DNA of 64,000 bases from Bacillota bacterium (GTDB lineage: Bacteria; Bacillota; Dethiobacteria; DTU022): positions 65,846 through 129,845 of the forward strand of contig JAABTH010000004.1 in the NCBI GenBank assembly GCA_011389985.1, read 5' to 3'. Positions 1-10,850 of this stretch are shown here, piece by piece. The notes below the pieces were generated by a model. That model did no database searches. It saw nothing but the letters and a program-made list of their open reading frames with translations, and was not told the DNA's origin. Position 1 is the first letter of the stretch. The number at the start of each line of letters is the position of its first letter. Position numbers and translations under genes: made by a program.

Positions 1-276
1 ATGATTAAAAAGCGCAAGATCCCTTTACGTATCTGTATCGGGTGCCAGGAAAAAAAGCCTAAAAAAGAACTGGTGAGGGTTGTCAGAACTCCTGATTCTA
101 AAGTTGTTCTTGATCTAACCGGTAAAAAAGCCGGTCGGGGCGCTTATATTTGCCCCAGTGAAGAATGTCTGAAGAAAGCTGTAAAAGGTAAGCGCCTGGA
201 AAAAAATTTAGAGCAGAATATATCTGATGAACTTCTTGACGAAATAACTGAAGCATTAAAAAATACGCCCGAATAG
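1..276 (+). CDS. ylxR: YlxR/DUF448 family protein (nusA-infB operon protein)
   Basis: 91 aa, basic, CIGCQ motif; immediately upstream of infB as in the Firmicutes nusA-ylxR-infB operon; starts at window position 1 so the 5' end could be clipped. Confidence 0.6.
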   Translation: MIKKRKIPLRICIGCQEKKPKKELVRVVRTPDSKVVLDLTGKKAGRGAYICPSEECLKKAVKGKRLEKNLEQNISDELLDEITEALKNTPE

Positions 277-332
277 AATCTGTCAATTAAAGGAAAATAA
301 CGAGGAGGGCCTACTCGATGGAGGTGTTGTAA

Positions 333-2438
333 ATGAATAAAGTTAGAGTTTATGAGTTGGCCAAAGAGCTGGGAATAACCAGCAAAAAGCTGATTGAAGT
401 AATGGAAGGTATGAATATTGCGGTAAACAATCACATGAGTACTCTTACCGATGAAGAGGCAAAACGGGTAATGGCTATTTTAACAGGCCGTTCTGACGAA
501 AAATTATCGAAAGAAAAAGAAAAAGCGCCAGAAAAAGAAACGCAAAAGGCGGAACCTGAAAAAACACCTGCGAAAAAAGTGAAAAAAAAGGAAAAGGAAA
601 TTGAGCAGACTGAAGAAAAACCTGTGCCCAGCCGTAAAGCGCGCAAGGCTATACAGGAAGAAAAGCGTGCCGCTATGCTTAAAGCTAAGCGTCCCGTATT
701 AAAGCTTGAAGGTCAGATTACCGTAGCAGAGCTTGCCGGCAGAATTGATACTACTCCTGCACAGTTAATAAGCTATTTGATGGAAATGGGTATAATGGCC
801 AACATTAACCAACCGCTTAACCCCGAAACTGTTGAATTGATTGCTGAAGAATACGGGTATGATTTCGATTACGTTGAAGATCCCGTTGAAGAAGAGCTTC
901 TATCAGCAAGCAGCGACGAAGAAAGTATGGAAGAAATATTACGTAAGCCTGTTGTAACGGTGCTCGGTCATGTGGATCACGGCAAAACTTCTTTGCTGGA
1001 TGCAATTAGAAATGCAAATGTAACGGCCGGCGAAGTAGGTGGAATAACACAGCATATCGGAGCATACCAGGTTAAAGTTAACGATAGAAAGATTGTATTT
1101 TTAGATACTCCCGGTCACGAGGCTTTTACAGCGATGCGTGCGCGGGGAGCCCAGGTAACGGACATTGCTATTTTGGTTGTTGCAGCCGATGACGGTGTTA
1201 TGCCGCAAACAATTGAAGCAATAAACCACGCCAAAGCGGCACAGGTTCCTGTCCTTGTTGCGATCAATAAAATTGACAAACCTGATGCCAATCCCGATCG
1301 TGTTAAACAACAGCTTTCCGACCAAGGCCTTATTTCCGAAGAATGGGGTGGAGATACAATTTTTGTTCCAGTCAGCGCAGTTCGCGGAAACGGATTGGAA
1401 GAACTTTTGGAAATGATTCTTCTTTTATCCGAAGTTGCCGAACTTAAAGCCTGCCCTGACAGGGCAGGGCGCGGAACTGTGATAGAAGCAAAACTCGATC
1501 GCGGTCGCGGACCTGTTGCAACAGTATTGGTTCAAGACGGCACCCTGAGGATTGGTGATCCTATTATCTGTGGCTCTATCGCCGGAAAAGTCAGGGCAAT
1601 GATAAATGATCGAGGCGAGAGAGTAAAATCAGCCGGCCCGTCAACCCCGGTTGAAATACAGGGCTTGAGTGATGTTCCTATGGCCGGTGATTTATTTCAG
1701 GTTGTTAGCGATGATCGCGTTGCCAGGCAAGTTGCCGGAAAGAGGGCTGATAAGATCAAGGAAGCGACAAGACGCGTGCAGCGCGTTACATTAGATGATC
1801 TTTTTAAACAGATTCAGGAAGGTGAAGTAAAAGATTTAAACCTGATTCTGAAAGCTGATGTACAGGGTTCTGTTGAAGCGCTGCAGGATGCCCTTTTTAA
1901 ATTAAGTCTTGAAGAAGTACAGATAAAAATTATCCATACCGGAGTAGGAGCAATAAATGAATCAGATGTTATGCTTGCTTCGGCTTCCAATGCAATTGTA
2001 ATCGGGTTTAATGTTCGCCCTGACAGCAACGCCCGTAAATTGGCAGAACATGATCAGGTTGATATCAGATTATACAGGATTATTTATGAAGCTATAGAGG
2101 ATATCAAGGCTGCTGTTACTGGTATGCTTAAGCCGATTATGAAAGAAGTTATACAGGGACAGGCTGAAGTGCGACAGTTGTTTAAAGTATCCCGCCTGGG
2201 CAGTATTGCCGGATCACATGTAATTGAAGGAAAAATTACACGCAATGCTTTAATAAGGGTAATCAGGGACGGTACTGTTGTTTTGGATAATGGCAAAATC
2301 GATTCGCTGAAGCGCTTTAAAGATGATGTTCGTGAAGTGCTTACCGGATATGAGTGTGGAATTCTAATCGAGAATTTTAACGATCTTCGCGAAGGCGATA
2401 TTATTGAAGCATATGTAATGGAACAGGTGGCCAGGTAA
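333..2438 (+). CDS. infB: translation initiation factor IF-2
   Basis: 701 aa; G-domain motifs [18 protein letters not shown]; Lys/Glu-rich N-terminal region; SD GGAGGTG upstream. Confidence 0.95.
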   Translation: MNKVRVYELAKELGITSKKLIEVMEGMNIAVNNHMSTLTDEEAKRVMAILTGRSDEKLSKEKEKAPEKETQKAEPEKTPAKKVKKKEKEIEQTEEKPVPSRKARKAIQEEKRAAMLKAKRPVLKLEGQITVAELAGRIDTTPAQLISYLMEMGIMANINQPLNPETVELIAEEYGYDFDYVEDPVEEELLSASSDEESMEEILRKPVVTVLGHVDHGKTSLLDAIRNANVTAGEVGGITQHIGAYQVKVNDRKIVFLDTPGHEAFTAMRARGAQVTDIAILVVAADDGVMPQTIEAINHAKAAQVPVLVAINKIDKPDANPDRVKQQLSDQGLISEEWGGDTIFVPVSAVRGNGLEELLEMILLLSEVAELKACPDRAGRGTVIEAKLDRGRGPVATVLVQDGTLRIGDPIICGSIAGKVRAMINDRGERVKSAGPSTPVEIQGLSDVPMAGDLFQVVSDDRVARQVAGKRADKIKEATRRVQRVTLDDLFKQIQEGEVKDLNLILKADVQGSVEALQDALFKLSLEEVQIKIIHTGVGAINESDVMLASASNAIVIGFNVRPDSNARKLAEHDQVDIRLYRIIYEAIEDIKAAVTGMLKPIMKEVIQGQAEVRQLFKVSRLGSIAGSHVIEGKITRNALIRVIRDGTVVLDNGKIDSLKRFKDDVREVLTGYECGILIENFNDLREGDIIEAYVMEQVAR

Positions 2439-2512
2439 TATTTATTATGCTGCCTGAAAATCTATAACTTAGCTTCTTAAATTAAAGAAGTAATTAAAAA
2501 GAGGTATTTATT

Positions 2513-2878
2513 ATGTCCGAAAACAGAGTAAGACGGGTTGCAGAACAGATCAAGAAGGAAATCGGGCAGATTATCAGTGCTGAGATTAAAGATCCCAGAG
2601 TTGCGGGCCTGACAAGTGTTACTGAAGTTCAACTTTCAAGGGATTTGAGGCACGCTTCAGTTTATATAAGTATTTACGGCAGCCCGGCTGAAAAAGAAGA
2701 AACAATTCAGACCCTGATCAGGGCAGCGGGTTACGTACGCGGTGAAATTGGTAAAAGAGTAAGGTTGAGATATACACCGGAGATTAATTTTTTCTTAGAC
2801 AATTCTATTGAGTACGGAGCTCACATCGATAGTGTCATTAAATCGCTGAAAAAGGATGAGAGCGACGGGAATGAGTGA
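2513..2878 (+). CDS. rbfA: ribosome-binding factor A
   Basis: 121 aa; conserved position after infB; RbfA-like sequence. Confidence 0.9.
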   Translation: MSENRVRRVAEQIKKEIGQIISAEIKDPRVAGLTSVTEVQLSRDLRHASVYISIYGSPAEKEETIQTLIRAAGYVRGEIGKRVRLRYTPEINFFLDNSIEYGAHIDSVIKSLKKDESDGNE

Positions 2879-3842
2879 TCGTTCGGCTATACTGGATATT
2901 ATTAAGAAGGAAGCTTCTTTTAACCTTATATCGCATATGCTGCCCGACGGCGACAGCATCGGTTCGCTGCTTGGTATGGGTAAATCTCTTATGCTTGCCG
3001 GTAAAAATGTTAAAATGTATACCCCGGGACACATTCCCCGCAAGTACAGTTTCCTTGAAGGGGCAGAACTGGTAAACAACGAAATTATTATAGAAGATCA
3101 GGAGATTACAACCATAGTATTGGATAGCAGTGATCCTGATCGATTGGGTATCTTCAAGGATGCCGTAATGAAGAGTAAAACAATTATTAATATCGATCAC
3201 CATGTTACCAATCAGCTCTTTGGCACTTTGAACCATGTCGATTCAAATGCATCGGCAACGGGTGAGATAGTTTACGGTATATTGGAAGATATGGATTTGG
3301 AAATTAATGAGGGTATTGCTGAAGCTCTATATGTGGCTATAACCACTGACACTGGTTCGTTCAAGTATGATAATACTACTCCACTTACTCATCAGGTAGT
3401 AGCCGAGCTGCTCAGGTTCGGATTAAGTCCCGGTAATTTGTCTCAGAAAATATTTGATGAACGACCTTTATCGTTCTATATATTGCTGCGCGAAGCATTA
3501 TCGAGTCTGGAAATGTATGAAGATCACGCTATTTCAGTTATGACAATAAGTAAAGATATTCGTGAACGCAGTGGGGCTTCAACTGATGAACTTGAAGGAA
3601 TAGTTAATTATACCCGCAATATAGAAGGCGTGGAACTTGGCATTCTCTTTTACGTAGAGAGTGAGAATGAAGTTAAGATAGGTTTTAGATCGAAAAGACT
3701 CGATGTAAGTGTACTTGCCGGTAAATTAAACGGTGGAGGCCATGCAAAGGCGGCCGGCTGCCGTATGCAGGGCGATTTCGAATCAGTAAAGGCCAGGGTA
3801 ATGGGTGAAGCCTTTAAAATGCTGCATGAACTGCAGGCCTGA
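2856..3842 (+). CDS. nrnA: DHH/DHHA1 phosphoesterase (NrnA-like oligoribonuclease/pAp phosphatase)
   Basis: 328 aa; DHH motif (IDHHV) and GGGH (DHHA1) motif; conserved between rbfA and truB; alternative in-frame ATG at 2871 overlapping the rbfA stop. Confidence 0.75.
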   Translation: MRATGMSDRSAILDIIKKEASFNLISHMLPDGDSIGSLLGMGKSLMLAGKNVKMYTPGHIPRKYSFLEGAELVNNEIIIEDQEITTIVLDSSDPDRLGIFKDAVMKSKTIINIDHHVTNQLFGTLNHVDSNASATGEIVYGILEDMDLEINEGIAEALYVAITTDTGSFKYDNTTPLTHQVVAELLRFGLSPGNLSQKIFDERPLSFYILLREALSSLEMYEDHAISVMTISKDIRERSGASTDELEGIVNYTRNIEGVELGILFYVESENEVKIGFRSKRLDVSVLAGKLNGGGHAKAAGCRMQGDFESVKARVMGEAFKMLHELQA

Positions 3843-3854
3843 GGGAGTTAAGCT

Positions 3855-4769
3855 GTGGATGGCATAATTGTTATTAATAAGCCGGAAGGTATTACTTCAC
3901 ATCAGGTGGTTAAAGAGATACGTAAATTATTTCCGGGTGTTAAAGCAGGCCATAGTGGAACTTTAGATCCTATGGCTACCGGAATTCTTCCTGTTTGCAT
4001 CGGTAAAGCCACGCGGTTGGTTGAATATATTATTGAATTGCCCAAAAGCTACCGGGCAGAGATAACTCTGGGTAAAACCACAGATACTGAAGATGCAACC
4101 GGCAGAGTGCTCACCGAAAGTATTGTTCCTTTACTGGGCCAGGATGAAATTGAAAATATTCTTGAATCATTTACAGGTGAGATCGAACAGTTACCTCCTT
4201 TTTATTCCGCAGTAAAATATAAGGGTAAACCTCTTTACCATTGGACGAGAAAAGGTGAAGAAGCACCCAGGCGTATAAGGAAGACATATATTTACGGTAT
4301 AAAGTTGGTTGGTTACATCCCGGAACGAACTGCGCAAATTACTATTGATGTTCGATGCTCAAAAGGCACTTATATAAGAACCCTGGCTGCCGATATTGGT
4401 AATAAGGTTGGGTGCGGAGCACACCTTTCAGCCCTGAACAGGCTGGCAGTTGGTCCGTACAGTTTGTCAGAGTCGAATTCACCCGATCAAGCGGCACAGT
4501 TAGCAGCTCAAGGCTGCTATGGTAAATTGGTAAAACCGATGGAAACAGCGATAATGCATCTGCCCAAACTTGTGCTGGAACAAGAAGATCTAGATTCTCT
4601 GCGTTGCGGACGGACAGTTGTTCTTACATCTGTTCCAGGGAGTATGGACATTGCTATAAACGAAGTATGCCGGGTGTATAATAAGGATAATAAATTTTTA
4701 GCGCTTGTCCGTTTTATGGAAACCGAGCAGGACAGGGTCCTGAAAACTGTGAAATATCTCGAAAGGTGA
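3855..4769 (+). CDS. truB: tRNA pseudouridine(55) synthase
   Basis: 304 aa; GTG start; TruB catalytic motif GTLDPMATG; PUA-like C-terminus. Confidence 0.9.
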   Translation: MDGIIVINKPEGITSHQVVKEIRKLFPGVKAGHSGTLDPMATGILPVCIGKATRLVEYIIELPKSYRAEITLGKTTDTEDATGRVLTESIVPLLGQDEIENILESFTGEIEQLPPFYSAVKYKGKPLYHWTRKGEEAPRRIRKTYIYGIKLVGYIPERTAQITIDVRCSKGTYIRTLAADIGNKVGCGAHLSALNRLAVGPYSLSESNSPDQAAQLAAQGCYGKLVKPMETAIMHLPKLVLEQEDLDSLRCGRTVVLTSVPGSMDIAINEVCRVYNKDNKFLALVRFMETEQDRVLKTVKYLER

Positions 4770-5774
4770 TTGTCTATGGAAATTGTAAATGGCAGCGATC
4801 GCCTTCCTGTTTTGGGTAAACCGCTTTATCTCGCTCTTGGCAACTTTGACGGAGTTCATCGCGGCCACCAGGCAATCATAAAAAAAGCGGTAGAGAAGGC
4901 CACTGAAACAGGGGGAGTAAGCGCTGCTTATATACTAAACCCACACCCCGTAATTGCCCTGAGACCTGAAAATCAGATGTCGCTTTTAACAGACATAGTT
5001 GATCGGGCTGAAATATTGGCTGAACTTGGATTAGATTACCTGGTTGTAGAAACATTTAATGAGGTATTTTCACAATATACTCCAGATTATTTTGTCAGAG
5101 CGATACTGCAAAACAAATTATCGGTTAGCGGTTTATTTATTGGCAGCAACTACCGGTTTGGATGCAGAGGAGCAGGAAGCGCGGACACGCTACTTTATTG
5201 GGGAGAAAAACTTGGTTTTACTCTTGAAATAACTCCGATGATCTCCTACAAAAATAAATTAGTCAGCAGCTCGATGATAAGATCGCTTATTATTGCCGGT
5301 GCGGTAAATGAAGCAGCCGATTACTTAAATTACTACTTCTACCGCCACGGGCGTGTAGTTAAAGGCTGCGGAATTGGTAAAAAAATGGTTTATCCCACTG
5401 CTAATATAACGGCATCCTCACGGCTATTATGGCCTGGTGACGGTGTTTACTTAACCGCTGTTGGCGGAGTTGACGAGGGTTTGTTGTTTGGTTTGACTAA
5501 TGTCGGTTCAAGACCTACTTTTAACAGTTGCGGTGAAACTGCTGTAGAGACTCATATCCTTGACTTTAACAAAGACATCTATGGCCGGGAAATACGGCTT
5601 TGTTTTCTCGAAAAACTTCGGGATACACGTTATTTCCCTTCTGCAAAAGAATTAAAAGATCAAATCAGTCGCGATATTGAAGAGGGACGGGAATTGTTTA
5701 ATTATTATAGACAGGTAAAAAATGGTAAGGGGAATTCTTTACAAGCAAGTTGTTCTGTGCTAAGATCATCTTAA
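4770..5774 (+). CDS. ribF: bifunctional riboflavin kinase / FMN adenylyltransferase
   Basis: 334 aa; TTG start; FAD synthetase N-terminus (GNFDGVHRGH) and riboflavin kinase C-terminus. Confidence 0.9.
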   Translation: MSMEIVNGSDRLPVLGKPLYLALGNFDGVHRGHQAIIKKAVEKATETGGVSAAYILNPHPVIALRPENQMSLLTDIVDRAEILAELGLDYLVVETFNEVFSQYTPDYFVRAILQNKLSVSGLFIGSNYRFGCRGAGSADTLLYWGEKLGFTLEITPMISYKNKLVSSSMIRSLIIAGAVNEAADYLNYYFYRHGRVVKGCGIGKKMVYPTANITASSRLLWPGDGVYLTAVGGVDEGLLFGLTNVGSRPTFNSCGETAVETHILDFNKDIYGREIRLCFLEKLRDTRYFPSAKELKDQISRDIEEGRELFNYYRQVKNGKGNSLQASCSVLRSS

Positions 5775-5855
5775 TAAAAACCGTTTGCAAGGTTTAACGA
5801 TAATCCCGACGTTTTACTTTGCTTGCGGTGATCCAAAAAAGGGAGGTTTTAAAAC

Positions 5856-6122
5856 ATGCTTAATCAGGAACGTAAGCAGCAGATTATCGATTTGCATAAA
5901 AGGCACGAAGGCGATACCGGATCACCCGAAGTTCAGATAGCTCTTTTAACGGAAAGAATTAATTATCTAACCGAGCATCTAAAAGTACATAAAAAAGACC
6001 ATCACTCTCAACGAGGTCTGTTGAAAATGGTTGGTCAAAGAAGAGGGCTTCTAAACTACCTGCGAGATAAATCTCCTGAACGCTACCAGGCATTGTTAGC
6101 AAAGCTCGGCTTAAGAAAATAA
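5856..6122 (+). CDS. rpsO: 30S ribosomal protein S15
   Basis: 88 aa; S15 signature ([32 protein letters not shown]). Confidence 0.95.
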   Translation: MLNQERKQQIIDLHKRHEGDTGSPEVQIALLTERINYLTEHLKVHKKDHHSQRGLLKMVGQRRGLLNYLRDKSPERYQALLAKLGLRK

Positions 6123-6134
6123 AGAAACCACTGG

Positions 6135-6158
6135 CACGGGGGCTTGCCCCCGTGTTTT
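6135..6158 (+). terminator. rpsO intrinsic terminator / pnp leader hairpin
   Basis: CACGGGGG-CTTG-CCCCCGTG followed by TTTT. Confidence 0.6.
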
Positions 6159-6200
6159 AAGGTTATAATAACCTGTTAAAATGAGAGGAGTCAACGAAGG

Positions 6201-8369
6201 ATGCAATCATATAGTATGGAAATGAAAGGCAGAAAGATGACCATGGAAACAGGACGGCTGGCCAAGCAGGCCAGTGGAGCTGTTTTGATGCGTTATGGTG
6301 ATACAGTTGTACTCGTAACAGCTACTGTATCAGATGAACCCCGTGAAGGTATTGATTTTTTCCCGATGACTGTAGATTATGAGGAACGGCTTTATGCAGT
6401 AGGCCGTATTCCAGGAGGATTTATCAAGAGGGAAGGTCGTCCTACTGAAAGAGCAATTCTGGGATGCCGTCTGACAGATAGATCACTGCGTCCCCTTTTC
6501 CCTAAAGGTTTTCATAATTCTGTTCATATCGTTTCGACAGTGCTTTCAATGGATCAGGACTGCCCTCCGGAACCGCTTTCAATAATTGGGGCCTCTGCAG
6601 CATTGTCCATTTCAAAGATTCCTTTTGCCGGACCGATAGCAGCGGTTATAGTAGGGTTGATTGACGGAGAGCCGGTTATAAACCCGACCCAGGATGAAAC
6701 AGAAAAGAGTGAATTACACCTCATGCTTGCCGGAACCAAAGAGGCAGTGATGATGGTTGAAGCAGGTTCTAAAGAAATTAGCCGTTCCGATGTTCTGAAA
6801 TGTATTAAAGCAGGACACCAGGTTATAAAAGAAATCGTTACAGTGCAGGAAGAGATGGTTACAGATGTCGGTCAGCCCAAAATGGAAGTGAATCAGCCTG
6901 GGCAGACTGAGGATCTGGTTCAGGCGGTAGAGGCAGAAATTAAGAGTAAAATTACTGAGGCCTTACATATCAATGAAAAACAGGAACGCGAAGAAAAACT
7001 GGCTTCTGTAAAAGCTGATCTCGTTGAAAAGTATCTTGTAGAATATCCTGATAATGAATCCGAGATACGCAAAACCTTCGAAAACACTCTGAAGAGCACT
7101 ATGAGAGAATTGGTTGTAACCAAGGGGTTGCGGGCAGACGGACGCAGTCCCGAAGAGATCAGGCCAATTACCTGCGAAGTTACAGCACTTCCGCGGACGC
7201 ACGGTTCTGCCATTTTCACCAGGGGACAGACCCAGGTGCTTAATATTTGTACTTTATCTGCTTTAAGAGATGTGCAAATTCTGGATGGATTAGGCCTTGA
7301 AGAATCAAAACGTTTTATTCACCATTATAATTTTCCTCCTTTCAGCGTTGGGGAAGCAGGTTTTATGCGAGGACCGGGGCGCAGGGAAATAGGTCACGGC
7401 GCACTGGCTGAGCGGGCCTTAGAGCCTGTAGTGCCTTCCGAGGATGAGTTTCCATATACAATACGCCTTGTTTCCGAGGTGCTTGAATCGAACGGCTCAA
7501 CATCTATGGCAAGTGTTTGTTCAGGGTCTCTTTCGATGATGGACACAGGTGTGCCTCTTAAAAGAGCTGTTGCAGGAATTGCCATGGGTTTGATTAAAGA
7601 AGGCGACGATGTGGTTGTTTTATCTGATATCCAGGGACTTGAAGATTTTCTCGGCGACATGGATTTCAAGGTTGCCGGAACAGAGAAGGGTATCACCGCT
7701 CTGCAGATGGATATTAAGATCAAGGGTATATCTGATGAGATTCTTGAAAAGGCTTTAGATCAGGCAGATAAGGGCTATAAATATATTCTTGGTGTGATGA
7801 ATGAAACAATGCCTGCGTCACGTGAAGAGCTTTCGGCCAATGCACCGCGTATGATAAAGCTTCAGATAGGCGTTGATAAGATCAGAGATGTAATCGGGCC
7901 TGGTGGACGCATGATCAATAAGATTATTGCAGAGACCGGTGTTGGAATTGATATTGAACCGGACGGCAGGGTATTTATTGCCGCTGTCGATCCCGAGATG
8001 GGCAAAAAAGCGCAGCAAATTATTGAAACCCTTGTCAAGGATGTCGAAGCCGGAGAAGTATATATGGGCAAAGTTACCCGGGTAGAGCGTTATGGAGCTT
8101 TTGTAGAAGTGCTGCCGGGCAAAGAGGGCTTGCTGCATATCTCGCATTTGGATCATCATCGTGTGGAAAAAACAGAAGATGTTGTCAATATAGGTGACTC
8201 CATCGAAGTTAAAGTACTTGACATAGATGATAAGGGAAGAATTAATCTTTCTCGCAAGGCGCTGCTTAAAAGACCTGAAGGCATGAGTGAAGACAAGGGA
8301 AGCAGCAGCAGAAGTGGAAGTGACAGAGGCGGAAGCGACAGGGGTCGTTCCCGAAATCGGCGCAGTTAA
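6201..8369 (+). CDS. pnp: polyribonucleotide nucleotidyltransferase (PNPase)
   Basis: 722 aa; two RNase PH domains, KH and S1 domains, Ser/Arg/Gly-rich C-terminal tail. Confidence 0.95.
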   Translation: MQSYSMEMKGRKMTMETGRLAKQASGAVLMRYGDTVVLVTATVSDEPREGIDFFPMTVDYEERLYAVGRIPGGFIKREGRPTERAILGCRLTDRSLRPLFPKGFHNSVHIVSTVLSMDQDCPPEPLSIIGASAALSISKIPFAGPIAAVIVGLIDGEPVINPTQDETEKSELHLMLAGTKEAVMMVEAGSKEISRSDVLKCIKAGHQVIKEIVTVQEEMVTDVGQPKMEVNQPGQTEDLVQAVEAEIKSKITEALHINEKQEREEKLASVKADLVEKYLVEYPDNESEIRKTFENTLKSTMRELVVTKGLRADGRSPEEIRPITCEVTALPRTHGSAIFTRGQTQVLNICTLSALRDVQILDGLGLEESKRFIHHYNFPPFSVGEAGFMRGPGRREIGHGALAERALEPVVPSEDEFPYTIRLVSEVLESNGSTSMASVCSGSLSMMDTGVPLKRAVAGIAMGLIKEGDDVVVLSDIQGLEDFLGDMDFKVAGTEKGITALQMDIKIKGISDEILEKALDQADKGYKYILGVMNETMPASREELSANAPRMIKLQIGVDKIRDVIGPGGRMINKIIAETGVGIDIEPDGRVFIAAVDPEMGKKAQQIIETLVKDVEAGEVYMGKVTRVERYGAFVEVLPGKEGLLHISHLDHHRVEKTEDVVNIGDSIEVKVLDIDDKGRINLSRKALLKRPEGMSEDKGSSSRSGSDRGGSDRGRSRNRRS

Positions 8370-8481
8370 AAATAACAAATTACTTTTTGCTGACCTCTGG
8401 GTAATATTCAGAGGGGAGAGATAAATAATAGCTAAAGAAACTGTACTAGTAGCGGTTCATAAGTCTGAAGGCATAGAGGAT

Positions 8482-8880
8482 TTGCCTTTGCCCGGTTATA
8501 TGACAGACGGATCCTCGGGCATGGATTTATATGCAGCCCCAGATAGTGATATAACCATTTCCGCCGGAGAGAGGGCCCTTATTCCCACCGGTCTGTCCGT
8601 TGCAGTACCTGACGGATATGAACTGCAGGTAAGACCCCGCAGTGGCCTGGCGATAAAGCACGGGATAGGTCTGTTAAACTCTCCGGGAACCATAGATTCA
8701 GATTATCGTGGAGAAATTAAAATAATATTAATTAATATGGGCCAGGAGCCCTTTACCGTAAAGCGCGGAGATCGCGTCGCCCAGATAGTCCTATGTCCGG
8801 TAGCAAAAGCAAAGTTAGAATTATGTAGTGAACTGCCGGCTACCAGGCGAAATGATGGAGGTTTTGGGCATACTGGTTAA
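8482..8880 (+). CDS. dut: dUTP diphosphatase (trimeric Dut family); true start probably upstream near 8428
   Basis: Dut motifs SGMDLYA, RSGLAIKHGI, GTIDSDYRGE, VKRGDRVAQ; the in-frame upstream extension IIAKETVLVAVHKSEGIEDLPLPGY resembles the conserved Dut N-terminal strand. Confidence 0.85.
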   Translation: MPLPGYMTDGSSGMDLYAAPDSDITISAGERALIPTGLSVAVPDGYELQVRPRSGLAIKHGIGLLNSPGTIDSDYRGEIKIILINMGQEPFTVKRGDRVAQIVLCPVAKAKLELCSELPATRRNDGGFGHTG

Positions 8881-8892
8881 TGGAGGTATATT

Positions 8893-10587
8893 TTGTCAAA
8901 AAGAAAGATAAAGAATAATACGGTTCAGCTGATTCCCCTTGGCGGAGTTGGCGAAATCGGAAAGAACATGTTTCTTTTGCAATATGGAGACAAATGCATC
9001 TTAATGGATGCCGGCTTAAAATTCCCCGATGAAGCAATGCTCGGAGTTGATATTGTTATCCCGGATATATCTTATATTCTAGATAATGATCTTGATGTTT
9101 TGGGAGTTATTCTTACCCATGGGCATGAGGATCATATCGGCGCGCTTCCTTACATTCTGGAAGATCTTGATGCGCCAATTTATGGAACCAGGTTAACACT
9201 AGGTCTTTTGCAGGCCAAATTAAGAGAGCATCCCGCGAAGAATGTCAGGTTAAATGAAATCAGCCCGGATGAAAAGCTGATTCTTTCGGAAGATTTTAAA
9301 ATGGAATTTTTCAGAACTAACCATAGTATACCTGATTCCGTTGGAGTTGCAGTGGAAACACCTGCCGGCGTAATAGTTTACACCAGTGATTTTAAGTTTG
9401 ATCAGACGCCGGTTGATGGCCGGATAACTGACTATTACAAACTTGCGGAGTTAGGCCGGAAGGGCGTTGTTGCTGCATTAGTTGATTCAACCAACGCTGA
9501 CAGGCCGGGTTATACACTTTCGGAAAAGCGGGTTGGTGAAAGCATCAATGAGATTTTCAGGCTTTCACAAGGCCGTATTATATTGGCTACGTTTGCTTCA
9601 AATATACACCGAATTCAACAGGTAGTCGACGCTGCAACGCGTTATGATCGAAAAGTCTGCGTTGTTGGAAGAAGCGTTGTCAATTCAGTTGATATCTCAA
9701 CTGAGCTTGGTTATCTGAAAATACCTGACGGTGTTCTTGTCGATTTAGATAAAATTAAAGATGTCAAACCGGAAAAATTGGCAATTATTACAACCGGAAG
9801 CCAGGGTGAACCTATGTCAGCCCTGACTAGAATATCGCAGTCTGAGCACAGACAGGTTGGCATAGTACCGGGTGATACTGTAATAATTGCAGCAAGCCCG
9901 ATTCCCGGCAACGAAAAGCTTGTAGCAAGAACTGTTAACAACTTGTTTCAACTGAAAGCAAATGTTATCTACAGACCTATTTCAGGTGTACATGTCAGCG
10001 GGCACGGCAGCGAAGAAGAGATCAAGCTGATGATAAACCTGCTCAAACCGGATTATCTCATACCTGTTCACGGTGAATACCGTCAACAGACTTATTGCTC
10101 ACAGACAGCTCAGAAATTAGGTATTCCCGAAGAAAATATTTTCTTGGTCAAGCCGGGTAATGTAATGGAATTTAACGACGGCAGAGGCCGTCTGGCCTCT
10201 TCAGTACCTGCCGGGAGGGTTTTAGTAGACGGTTTCGGTGTTGGCGATGTAGGCGAAGTGGTTATTCGCGATCGTCAGATTCTTTCTGAAGATGGAATAG
10301 TGATCATTGTTCTGGCTGTTGACCAGGATAAAGGAGAGGTAATTTCTGGCCCGGAGATTATCACCAGAGGTTTTGTCTACGTAAGGGAGTCTGTTGACCT
10401 TCTCGAGGAGGCCAGGGGAGTGTTAACCAGGGCTGTGGATAAAATGAGTGCAGAACATCTTCACGAATGGAATAAAGTAAAATCGAAATTAAGAGATGTA
10501 GCCTCATCTTATTTTTATGAACATACGGGGCGAAAACCAATGATTATGCCGATTATCATTGATATTGAGGATAACGGTGATAATTAA
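8893..10587 (+). CDS. rnj: ribonuclease J (metallo-beta-lactamase/beta-CASP)
   Basis: 564 aa; HGHEDHIG motif; RNase J architecture. Confidence 0.9.
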   Translation: MSKRKIKNNTVQLIPLGGVGEIGKNMFLLQYGDKCILMDAGLKFPDEAMLGVDIVIPDISYILDNDLDVLGVILTHGHEDHIGALPYILEDLDAPIYGTRLTLGLLQAKLREHPAKNVRLNEISPDEKLILSEDFKMEFFRTNHSIPDSVGVAVETPAGVIVYTSDFKFDQTPVDGRITDYYKLAELGRKGVVAALVDSTNADRPGYTLSEKRVGESINEIFRLSQGRIILATFASNIHRIQQVVDAATRYDRKVCVVGRSVVNSVDISTELGYLKIPDGVLVDLDKIKDVKPEKLAIITTGSQGEPMSALTRISQSEHRQVGIVPGDTVIIAASPIPGNEKLVARTVNNLFQLKANVIYRPISGVHVSGHGSEEEIKLMINLLKPDYLIPVHGEYRQQTYCSQTAQKLGIPEENIFLVKPGNVMEFNDGRGRLASSVPAGRVLVDGFGVGDVGEVVIRDRQILSEDGIVIIVLAVDQDKGEVISGPEIITRGFVYVRESVDLLEEARGVLTRAVDKMSAEHLHEWNKVKSKLRDVASSYFYEHTGRKPMIMPIIIDIEDNGDN

Positions 10588-10647
10588 AGCCAGTATTTAT
10601 TATTACTTAAAAGCAGACTGTCTATTATTGATATTAAGATCAATCAG

Positions 10648-10675
10648 ACGCCGGATTTAAACCGGCGTTTTGTTT
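10648..10675 (+). terminator. rnj intrinsic terminator
   Basis: ACGCCGG-ATTTAAA-CCGGCGT followed by TTTGTTT. Confidence 0.55.
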
Positions 10676-10760
10676 ACTGCAGGAAAAAGAACTTCGCAGT
10701 CGAAGTTTAATTTTGTAAAGGGCCGTCTTTTCAGGTGTTTATATATTCGCGATGATGTTA

Positions 10761-10790
10761 AAAGGGCTGCCTCCGAATGGCAGCTTTTAT
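10761..10790. terminator. A-tract/hairpin/T-tract (bidirectional terminator-like) upstream of uppP
   Basis: AAAGGGCTGCC-TCCGAAT-GGCAGCTTTTAT. Confidence 0.35.
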
Positions 10791-10850
10791 GGTGTCAATT
10801 TAATATTTAGGGATATTTTATTTAAGGCTGAAAGGGGTTATTCTTAACAG

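Noticed and set aside
4731-4775. Apparent frameshift in truB/ribF when reading the displayed sequence (extra C in GTCCCTG; ribF TTG appears at 4771 rather than 4770)
   Set aside because: The ORF-track proteins are full-length and well conserved, and the downstream coordinates (ribF stop 5774, rpsO 5856) agree with the display. This is most likely a single-character display or reading discrepancy, not a pseudogene.
333-8369. Numerous 60-110 aa antisense or out-of-frame ORFs inside infB, pnp and other large genes (for example 431..646-, 6920..7219-, 7818..8378-)
   Set aside because: They are embedded in strongly supported conserved genes. They have low-complexity or Ser/Pro/Cys-rich translations and no RBS, typical of spurious ORFs in an AT-rich genome.
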